Below are positions 17,639 through 24,846 of a stretch of 60,348 nucleotides of DNA, in pieces; within the stretch, counting starts at the first letter, position 1, and the number at the start of each line of letters is the position of its first letter. Location of the stretch: IMG/VR virus record IMGVR_UViG_3300037755_000377, positions 1 to 60,348 of that record. One strand, given 5' to 3'. Origin of the DNA: a virus. Taxonomy: Duplodnaviria; Caudoviricetes. The notes under the pieces were generated by a model. The model worked only from the letters and a program-made list of their open reading frames with translations, did no database searches and was not told the DNA's origin. Both the position numbers and the translations under genes were made by a program.

Positions 17639-18107
17639 AAAGTGGAAGGATGAATATATTCGCATTGCGGAGCACGCTTGTGAACTCGGTGCCACTGACG
17701 TTGATTTGGCTGGCATGCTCGATGTTTCCATCCGTACTATTTACCTTTGGCGAGCGACTAAGCCTGAATTTGCTGTGGCCCTAAAGGTAGGAAAATCAGA
17801 AGCTGATGAACGTGTTGAGCGCAGCCTCTATAATCGGGCCATTGGCTATACCTTCAATTCCGAGAAGGTTTTCCAGTTCCAGGGCCAGATCGTTCGCACA
17901 CCAACGATTGAGCATGTGCCGCCCGACACGGTGGCCATGATCTTTTGGCTCAAAAACCGCAGGCCTGAACAATGGCGAGAAAAGAATGAAACCGTCATCA
18001 CTCACCGCAGGGCCAATGAACTGACAGACGATGAACTTGCAGATATCGCCTCAAGAAGCAGCGACCGCGCTTCTGCAAAGGCGAACGATCCGTCAAAGCT
18101 ACACTGA
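17625..18107 (+). CDS. terS: terminase small subunit
   Basis: LGATDVDLA...TIYLW...PEF...KVGK...VERSLYNRAIGY...PPDTVAMIFWLKNRRPEQWR. Confidence 0.9.
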   Translation: MARPEKWKDEYIRIAEHACELGATDVDLAGMLDVSIRTIYLWRATKPEFAVALKVGKSEADERVERSLYNRAIGYTFNSEKVFQFQGQIVRTPTIEHVPPDTVAMIFWLKNRRPEQWREKNETVITHRRANELTDDELADIASRSSDRASAKANDPSKLH

Positions 18108-20337
18108 ATGGTGTCTTTATCGCGGCTTTGTTCCAGCACCACATCATCAGCTTATCATCGACAATATAGAGGAATTTCTAGACAGCGAGGATGATGTCCT
18201 GTTGCTGTTTGCGCCGCCTGGCAGTGCCAAGTCGACATATCTGAGCGTCCTGTTTCCGCCCTGGTATCTGGCCCGGTATCCCGGCCACGACATCCTAGCG
18301 GCCACCCATAGCGTGGAGTTTGCCGAGCGATGGGGCCGGCGCATCCGCAATGACATTGCCGAGCACTCGCATGTGCTTGGGATTGAACTGTCGGGGGACA
18401 ATAAGGCCGCAGCCCGCTGGGGCCTGACATCTGGGGCTGAATACTACGGGGTTGGTGCCGGAACCGGCATTTCCGGATTTCGTGCTGATTTGGGCCTGGG
18501 AGATGACTTTTTCGGCAACCGCGAGGACGCCTATTCCGAGACGGTCAGGGCCAAGCGGTGGGATTGGTATATTGATGACTTCTCGGCTCGGTTGAAGCCG
18601 GGGGCCAAGCGCATTCTGATTAATTGTCTTGCCGGTGATACTTTGATTGCCATGGCAGATGGTGCGCAAAAGCGATTTGATGAGGTAGTGCCTGGCGATC
18701 TCGTTCGGTCGTGGGATGGCCGGAAAACTGTGAGTGCAGAGGTCTCCGCAGTTGTAGACAATGGTATTGATCAAACCTATTTGATAAGAACGAATAGAGC
18801 GGCAGTCAGAGCGAATGCTAGGCACCCGTTTCTCATTCTAACGAATAAGGGTCTGCGATGGACGGCGACCAAAAACTTGCGGAATGGAATGCGTATCGTC
18901 GTGCACCGAACGGCTCGAATGCAGGAAAGACCTGTTCAGTCAGTGGCTGCGACGAACCTGCTAAATGCCGGGGCATGTGCTCGCGTCACTACAATAAGGC
19001 AATGTGGGCGTCTGGTCATCGCTCACCTTCTGTGGCAAGCGCACATCGCCTTTCAACGCGCCGCAGATGGCGCTATGGAATTGATCAGGCCGAGTTCGAT
19101 CAAATGTTGGCCGAGCAGAATGGCCTTTGTGCCATTTGCGGCACCGATGGCAGTGATGGCCGGCCCAGGCATTGGGTTACCAATCTCGTCCCAGATCATA
19201 ACCACGAGACGGGAGTGCTTCGCGGCTTGCTCTGCAATGACTGCAACCGGATTGCCGGACGAACCAGAGATACCACAATTCTGGAACGTGCCATCGAATA
19301 CGTCAGAACCAGATACTGACACGATTGTTGCAGTCGATCCTTACGGTCTTGAGCCTGTCTATGATCTTACCATCGAGGGCACACACAATTTTGTCGCCAA
19401 CGGTATGTGGACCCATAATACCCGTTGGCACGAAGAAGACGTCGCTGGCAGAATTCTGGAGCAGATTGACAAGGGTATTGTTAGCGGCCGGGTGATCTCG
19501 ATTCCGGCTGTTGCAGAGGAAAATGATGCGCTGGGCCGGAAGCCTGGCGAGTACCTCTGGGATAATCCGGACGGCTACAATTACGGGTCGTTTCTGAGAG
19601 CTCGGCAGCGCGAAACATCCCCGATGATGTGGTCCGCGCTGTACCAACAGCGGCCGGCGCCGGAAGAGGGAGATTATTTCAAGGCTGAATGGCTGCGGTC
19701 GTATGACAAAGCACCAGCCAAGGATATGTTGAAGGTCTACGGTGCGTCGGACTATGCCGTTACTGCGGACGGTGGCGACTACACAGTTCATGTTGTTGTT
19801 GGTGTTGATTCTGAACAGCGGATGTACTTGCTTGACGTGTGGCGCAAGCAGGCGGCATCCGATGAATGGGTAGAATCGTTTTGCGACTTGGTGCTTGAGT
19901 GGAGGCCGATGGAATGGGCCGAGGAACAGGGCCAGATCAAGTCCGGTGTCGGACCTTTCCTTGCAAAGCGCCAGCAGGAACGCAAGGCGTATGTCTATCG
20001 CCGGCAGTATCCGACTCGTGGGGACAAGGCGGTTAGGGCTCAATCGATCCGTGGCCGAATGGCGATGAATGGATTATATTGCCCCTCTTCCGCCCAGTGG
20101 GTAGCGCAAGTGCGGTCAGAGCTGTTAAGCTTTCCGGCTGGGAAATACGATGATATTTGTGATGCGATGGGCCTCATAGGCCAGTTGCTTGATCATATTC
20201 AAGGTGTTGGCAAGAAAGAACCAAAGCCAATTTCCCCTCACGTCTTTGCGGTTGCTGAGGACGGGCGCATGAAGTCCAACCTGAGCGTTCAGGAACTGAT
20301 CGAGCGGCAGCGCAAGCGGAGACAAGTGGATGATTAG
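18031..20337 (+). CDS. terL: terminase large subunit containing an intein
   Basis: Walker A APPGSAKST, Walker B LGLGDD, ILIN|TRWHEED split by intein, ALYQQRP, nuclease SDYA and FPAGKYDDICDA. Confidence 0.95.
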   Translation: MNLQISPQEAATALLQRRTIRQSYTEWCLYRGFVPAPHHQLIIDNIEEFLDSEDDVLLLFAPPGSAKSTYLSVLFPPWYLARYPGHDILAATHSVEFAERWGRRIRNDIAEHSHVLGIELSGDNKAAARWGLTSGAEYYGVGAGTGISGFRADLGLGDDFFGNREDAYSETVRAKRWDWYIDDFSARLKPGAKRILINCLAGDTLIAMADGAQKRFDEVVPGDLVRSWDGRKTVSAEVSAVVDNGIDQTYLIRTNRAAVRANARHPFLILTNKGLRWTATKNLRNGMRIVVHRTARMQERPVQSVAATNLLNAGACARVTTIRQCGRLVIAHLLWQAHIAFQRAADGAMELIRPSSIKCWPSRMAFVPFAAPMAVMAGPGIGLPISSQIITTRRECFAACSAMTATGLPDEPEIPQFWNVPSNTSEPDTDTIVAVDPYGLEPVYDLTIEGTHNFVANGMWTHNTRWHEEDVAGRILEQIDKGIVSGRVISIPAVAEENDALGRKPGEYLWDNPDGYNYGSFLRARQRETSPMMWSALYQQRPAPEEGDYFKAEWLRSYDKAPAKDMLKVYGASDYAVTADGGDYTVHVVVGVDSEQRMYLLDVWRKQAASDEWVESFCDLVLEWRPMEWAEEQGQIKSGVGPFLAKRQQERKAYVYRRQYPTRGDKAVRAQSIRGRMAMNGLYCPSSAQWVAQVRSELLSFPAGKYDDICDAMGLIGQLLDHIQGVGKKEPKPISPHVFAVAEDGRMKSNLSVQELIERQRKRRQVDD
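18625..19419 (+). mobile_element. intein (265 aa) in TerL
   Basis: Block A CLAGDTLI, block B ANARHPFL, block F VYDLTIEGTHNFVANG, block G THN followed by +1 Thr. Confidence 0.92.
18858..19319 (+). CDS. endonuclease VII-family homing endonuclease nested out of frame inside the intein
   Basis: YGI...QNGLCAICG...VPDHNHETGVLRGLLCNDCNR; N-terminal CSVSGC...RGMCSRHY; own RBS TAAGG; +2 frame relative to terL. Confidence 0.88.
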   Translation: MDGDQKLAEWNAYRRAPNGSNAGKTCSVSGCDEPAKCRGMCSRHYNKAMWASGHRSPSVASAHRLSTRRRWRYGIDQAEFDQMLAEQNGLCAICGTDGSDGRPRHWVTNLVPDHNHETGVLRGLLCNDCNRIAGRTRDTTILERAIEYVRTRY

Positions 20338-20530
20338 CTCCTACATCATTGTTTACCCTGATGGGAGGCAAATGGATAGGAAGCGCAGAAAGTTGGAACT
20401 TGAACTTAGGTTGGTTCAGGCTTGGCTTGATGCTAGCCCGACAGGTAAAAGTCATGAATTCATTCCTGCAACAGATTTGATGTTGCAAGATGCAACAGGC
20501 CATGCTAGACAGCAATTGCCTGTGGCGTAG
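20330..20530 (+). CDS. possible small hypothetical protein
   Basis: Overlaps the terL stop, but its 3' half covers the Y RNA promoter. Confidence 0.3.
   Translation: MISSYIIVYPDGRQMDRKRRKLELELRLVQAWLDASPTGKSHEFIPATDLMLQDATGHARQQLPVA
20467..20511 (+). promoter_or_regulatory. promoter and palindromic operator of the Yrl/Ro60 operon
   Basis: TTGCAA(20483-88)-N17-TAGACA(20506-11); TGTTGCA-AGA-TGCAACA (20481-97) plus a third half-site at 20467-73. Confidence 0.7.
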
Positions 20531-20577
20531 GGCGCGGTTACTTCTTGCAGAATGAAAGTCCGCATCCGCTTGTTCCC
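20522..20577 (+). ncRNA. short Y RNA-like RNA (no tRNA domain)
   Basis: Shares GTGGCGTAG..GCGGTTACTTC and CCGC..CGCYTGTTCCC ends with the adjacent YrlA-like RNA. Confidence 0.7.
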
Positions 20578-20600
20578 AGGCGCCCGATAGGGTGGAATTC

Positions 20601-20719
20601 GTGGCGTAGATAGCGGTTACTTCCTTCAGATGGATGAGGTCGTAGGTTCAAGTCCTACCGGGGCGTAAGCTCTGTAGCTCAGTTGGTAGAGCGCATTGTG
20701 TCCGCAATCGCCTGTTCCC
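20601..20719 (+). ncRNA. yrlA: YrlA-like Y RNA with circularly permuted tRNA-mimic domain
   Basis: Variable loop AGGTC, T-arm GTAGG-TTCAAGT-CCTAC, acceptor stem CGGGGC-GTAA-GCTCTG closed by a tetraloop, then D-arm GCTC-AGTTGGTA-GAGC; upstream of Ro60. Confidence 0.85.
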
Positions 20720-20768
20720 GGATTCCGCCCTATCGGGTGTCGCCACGGGCTTTCAATGGAGAAAGCCC

Positions 20769-22100
20769 ATGCGCTTGAATGTCAAGTCTGTTGCCCCTCA
20801 CGGATATACCCATGAGGGAGCACCTGCGGCACCGATCAACGCTGAGCAGGCGTTGCGCCGTTCGGTTATGTCATGCCTGCTTTGGGAATCGGAATTCTAT
20901 GAGGATGGCGAGGATATCGCCGCCCGCATTGTCAGGCTCGCCGGCACGCTTCCGGCTTCCAAGGTTTCCGCACTCGCAATCGAGGCGCGTGAGCGCGGCA
21001 ATCTACGTCATGTTCCGCTCTTGCTTTTGTCCGCGCTCGCCAAAATCGGCAAGGGCGACAAGATCGTCGCGGATACGATTGAGCGCGTTATCCAGCGCGC
21101 GGATGAACTTTCTGAATTGCTGGCGGTTCACGCCAAGGCAAACGGCGTCAAGCCTGGCGAGGTTAAAAAGAAGATTCCGGCTCAGATGAAAAAGGGCCTT
21201 GCTCGCGCGTTCACCAAGTTCAATGAATACGCACTCGGCAAATATGATCGGGACGGCGCTGTGCGGCTTCGCGATGTGCTGTTCATGGTGCACGCCAAGC
21301 CGAAGGATCACGAACAGGCGGCGCTCTGGAAGCGATTGGTGGCCAACGAATTGACCGTGCCCGATACGTGGGAGGTCCAGATTTCCGGCGGCGCCGACAA
21401 GAAGGAAACTTTCGAGCGGCTGATCCGCGAAGGCAAGCTCGGCTATCTCGCGTTGCTGCGCAATCTGCGCAACATGGCGGAAGCCGGGTGTGATCCTGAC
21501 CTTGTGAAATTGGCTATCGTCGCCCGCAAGGGCGGTGCGCAACGGGTGTTGCCGTTCCGCTACATCGCGGCGGCCCGCGCTGCACCGCAGTTTGAGCCCG
21601 CCATTGATCAGGCATTGTGCGAAGCCATCGGCGAACTGCCTATCTTGCCGGGCAAGACTGCGATCCTGATCGATGTGTCTGGATCAATGGATGAACGGCT
21701 GTCCGCCAAGTCGGACATGAAACGAATCGACGCGGCGGCTGGCCTTGGCGCTATCTGGCCTGGCGATGTGCGTATGTTCACGTTCTCGCAGAAGGTTGTG
21801 GAAGTTCCTCCCCGTCGCGGCATGGCAGGCGTTGATGCCATCGCACGTTTCCAGCCGCACGGCGGAACCTATCTTGGACAGGCGGTGCAAGCGTTAAACG
21901 CCCAAGTGCCGTACGATCGCCTTATCGTGATCACCGATGAGCAGTCGCATGACCGCGTGGCAGACCCGCTGCATGGCCGCGCTTACATGATAAACGTCGC
22001 GAGCGCACAGCGCGGTGTTGGCTACGGAAAATGGAACCATATCGACGGTTTCTCGGAAGGCATTCTGCGATTCATACATGAGTTTGAGAATGACCGCTGA
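20769..22100 (+). CDS. rsr: Ro60/Rsr TROVE-domain RNA-binding protein with vWA domain
   Basis: THEGAPA start, ALLRNLRNM, RVLPFRY, MIDAS DVSGSM, GGT, ITDEQ, IDGFSE. Confidence 0.93.
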   Translation: MRLNVKSVAPHGYTHEGAPAAPINAEQALRRSVMSCLLWESEFYEDGEDIAARIVRLAGTLPASKVSALAIEARERGNLRHVPLLLLSALAKIGKGDKIVADTIERVIQRADELSELLAVHAKANGVKPGEVKKKIPAQMKKGLARAFTKFNEYALGKYDRDGAVRLRDVLFMVHAKPKDHEQAALWKRLVANELTVPDTWEVQISGGADKKETFERLIREGKLGYLALLRNLRNMAEAGCDPDLVKLAIVARKGGAQRVLPFRYIAAARAAPQFEPAIDQALCEAIGELPILPGKTAILIDVSGSMDERLSAKSDMKRIDAAAGLGAIWPGDVRMFTFSQKVVEVPPRRGMAGVDAIARFQPHGGTYLGQAVQALNAQVPYDRLIVITDEQSHDRVADPLHGRAYMINVASAQRGVGYGKWNHIDGFSEGILRFIHEFENDR

Positions 22101-22299
22101 GCAATTCCGGCAACTCGCTATCAAACTATTCGGTCCCAATCGCGGCTGGCAGACACGTTGCGCAGAAGCCCTCGGGACCGACCGCGCCAGCGTGTCAAGA
22201 TGGATATCAGGTGCGGTTTCTACGGTTCCAGGTCCCGTTGCTGCGGCTATGGAGTGCTGGAATGACACGTTCGAGCGTACCGGCACGATGCCAAGATAG
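22090..22299 (+). CDS. small HTH regulator coupled to Ro60
   Basis: MTAEQFR...WQTRCAEALGTDRASVSRWISG...VPGPVA. Confidence 0.8.
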   Translation: MTAEQFRQLAIKLFGPNRGWQTRCAEALGTDRASVSRWISGAVSTVPGPVAAAMECWNDTFERTGTMPR

Positions 22300-22379
22300 T
22301 TGAAGGTATAGTTCCCCTAAATAGCAACTAGCCCAACCACGTAGCTTCTAGATCGTCCTTGATCTAGCCGTGGGCTCTC

Positions 22380-22405
22380 AAGGCCGTCCTTCGGGGCGGC
22401 CTTTT
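22380..22405 (+). terminator. intrinsic terminator
   Basis: AAGGCCGTCC-TTCG-GGGCGGCCTT followed by T run. Confidence 0.8.
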
Positions 22406-22423
22406 GCATTCAAGGAGATGGCA

Positions 22424-22732
22424 ATGACCGTCAGTCCATTCACGCCAAGAACGCCGACTGTCAAAGTCGTTGCTTCACCAACCAGTCAGGGCACGGCCCT
22501 GACAACGCCTGGCACGCGCGGCAGCTATGAGGTCCGCGTGTATGTCAAAGGCTCCGAGGCGGTCTACCTAGACTTCGGTGACGCGACTGCGACGGCATCT
22601 GTCGGTGTTTCAATGCCGGTCCCGGCAGGTGCAATCGAGACATTCTGTCTTGGTCCGAAGAACACGATTGTAAATGTCGTTTCCGCTTCGGCCACATCAA
22701 CAGCATTCTTCACAACTGGATTTGGCTTCTAG
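22424..22732 (+). CDS. putative virion structural protein
   Basis: Thr/Ser/Gly-rich beta protein ending FTTGFGF; RBS AGGAG. Confidence 0.6.
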   Translation: MTVSPFTPRTPTVKVVASPTSQGTALTTPGTRGSYEVRVYVKGSEAVYLDFGDATATASVGVSMPVPAGAIETFCLGPKNTIVNVVSASATSTAFFTTGFGF

Positions 22733-22737
22733 CAGTC

Positions 22738-23517
22738 ATGGCCGTTCGATTTCATTCTCCCACACGGCGTCCTTCCCTCTCCATGAGGGGGAGGGGAGGG
22801 GGAGGGGGAGGGGTTGTCTCCGCATGGCAGTCAATCCTCACGCTTGCTCAAACTGACGAATGGCTGGCGCTCTATGACCCGACAAACCCAAACACGCGGA
22901 CGCTGAGGGCGGATGGGGGAGACAATTATCTTGCAGAGATTGAGGATGCTCTCGGGAATTTGCCGGCGCTAGTGCAGGCATCGGAAGCGGCACAGCCGCT
23001 CCACGTGCCGGGTGCATTTGGCACGTTGGATGCGGGGAGAAGTGCGGCTGCTAATCGTAATATGAGCACTGGCACATTCGCCAGCCGTGCTCATCCGATA
23101 ACGTTTGTGCTTGTTGGTAAATTGTCGGCAGTGGCGCTCGTTGAGCGTAGGCTATTGAGCGGGTCTCTGGACGAGACCTCTGCCGCTGGGGTGTTATTTC
23201 GACTAGTCTCAACCGTCGCCCAATGGGATATTTTTTCTGGTGCTAGTCTATTAGACGGCGCAGGCGATACAGACGCGCACGTTTTTGTGGGTGCCTTCAA
23301 CAATACCAGTTCAATTCTACGAATTGATGGTGCCCAGGTTGCAGCGGGTAGTACGAGTAATAGGGCGCATGTCTCTATAGATTGGCTCGCCAAGGTAACG
23401 GGAGGAGTAGATAACTTGTGGATCGGGGATGGCGGTCTGATTGTTACACGCAATGACGTTGACCTTGCCCCAATCCAGGCTATGGAGACGGCAATTTTAG
23501 AGGCAATGGCATCATGA
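22738..23517 (+). CDS. LamG/concanavalin-like virion appendage protein
   Basis: AHVFVGAFNNTSSILRIDGAQV beta-sandwich pattern, Gly linker. Confidence 0.55.
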   Translation: MAVRFHSPTRRPSLSMRGRGGGGGGVVSAWQSILTLAQTDEWLALYDPTNPNTRTLRADGGDNYLAEIEDALGNLPALVQASEAAQPLHVPGAFGTLDAGRSAAANRNMSTGTFASRAHPITFVLVGKLSAVALVERRLLSGSLDETSAAGVLFRLVSTVAQWDIFSGASLLDGAGDTDAHVFVGAFNNTSSILRIDGAQVAAGSTSNRAHVSIDWLAKVTGGVDNLWIGDGGLIVTRNDVDLAPIQAMETAILEAMAS

Positions 23518-23843
23518 GCGCCGTGGCCATCCAGAACGGTAACGTGCTCGTTGGCTTGTTTGACAGCGAGGAACTTGCCGAGGCTGCGCAGCAGCGCACG
23601 TTCATCAATCGTACATGGAAGGCGGATGCAAAGGGCATCACGGTACGGTGGGATGTTCCCGTTCTGCTCACTGCCGGGCCACATAGCGGAAAATGGCGAA
23701 TTGCTGTCCCCGCCGATCAAAGCAGAAAATCTGAAAAGCACGTAGTTTCCAAGGTGGTCCTAAAAGAAGTGTCGGACGAATGGGCCGGCGTAACGGTCGT
23801 TGAGTTTGATCCCGCTTGGTTGCCATCTGAAAAAATTGAATAG
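23514..23843 (+). CDS. hypothetical protein
   Basis: ATGA-coupled. Confidence 0.6.
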   Translation: MSAVAIQNGNVLVGLFDSEELAEAAQQRTFINRTWKADAKGITVRWDVPVLLTAGPHSGKWRIAVPADQSRKSEKHVVSKVVLKEVSDEWAGVTVVEFDPAWLPSEKIE

Positions 23844-23944
23844 GGCAGGAACAAAGCAGGCTGCCCGTCCAAATACGTCAATCCAACCCCCACGAGGCCC
23901 CCATGCGACGCTTGCTCGCCGCACTATGTGTTGGCATGTGATGT

Positions 23945-24529
23945 ATGGCTGAGCCTCCTATTGCTGCATCGCCAGAAAGAATAAGGCTCAGGCGGTGGAT
24001 ATACGATAATTTTGGCACTTACGCGGACAGCAATGTTGCAACGGCCAGCGCCTTTGAATCTGGCGATGAATTTCTTGTCATCCGCAATGGTGAGTTGGTC
24101 AAGGCGACTTATGCCCAGTTTGGCGGTGCGGCGGCTGAGTTCCCATCCGGAACGGTGATGCTGTTTTCGCAGACCAGCGCACCAACTGGATGGACGAAAG
24201 ACACATCGAACTTCAACGCTCATGCCTTGAGGGTAACGACCGCAACAGCGAATAATGGCGGGGCGGACTCATGGTCAACAGTGTTTGGACAGACGGTGAC
24301 TGGCGGTACGGCAATAACACAGGCGCAATTGCCGAACAGCACAATCCCGCTGACGTACAGCACGGCGGGGTTTGGTGCCGGCGGGCAGACAGCAGTAACG
24401 GCAATCGCGGCCGGAACGGCATTGGCGAACGACATTGATCTGTCGCTTGGCGGATCAGGCAATACACACGATCACAGCTTGAGCATGGACCTGCAATTTG
24501 TCGAAGTCATCCGGGCGACAAAGGACTGA
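23945..24529 (+). CDS. fibre protein with collar-like domain (paralog of 44177-45001)
   Basis: FPSGTVMLFSQTSAPTGWTKDT...HDHS...VIRATKD. Confidence 0.7.
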   Translation: MAEPPIAASPERIRLRRWIYDNFGTYADSNVATASAFESGDEFLVIRNGELVKATYAQFGGAAAEFPSGTVMLFSQTSAPTGWTKDTSNFNAHALRVTTATANNGGADSWSTVFGQTVTGGTAITQAQLPNSTIPLTYSTAGFGAGGQTAVTAIAAGTALANDIDLSLGGSGNTHDHSLSMDLQFVEVIRATKD

Positions 24530-24846
24530 TGCCTAAGCCCATCGCGCCGCAGGGCAACTACTGCCCGCTCTGGCGCAAGGACGTGTCGAAGGTCTGCCAT
24601 ACCTGCGAATGGTATGAACGCATGGTTGGCACGCACCCGTCTACTGGCGAGCCCATGGACAAGTGGGGCTGCGCAATCCGCTGGATGCCGATTCTACAGA
24701 TCGAAGCCCGCAAGGGCATGGATGGCGTTCAGAAAGCCACCGAGTCCTTCCGCAATGAAATGGTGCAGATGAACCAGCCAAAGCCGGTGGTCATTCTCGC
24801 TCCGAAGCACGTTCGCGAGGTTGGCCATGATGACAGTAAGCGATAA
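24529..24846 (+). CDS. Cys-rich fibre-associated protein (paralog of 45004-45303)
   Basis: CPL..K..C..C...W.C.I...ESFRNEMV. Confidence 0.7.
   Translation: MPKPIAPQGNYCPLWRKDVSKVCHTCEWYERMVGTHPSTGEPMDKWGCAIRWMPILQIEARKGMDGVQKATESFRNEMVQMNQPKPVVILAPKHVREVGHDDSKR

Noticed and set aside
20633-20696. Conventional tRNA gene
   Set aside because: T-arm precedes D-arm, the acceptor stem is closed by a loop and there is no anticodon loop or CCA; this is the YrlA layout.
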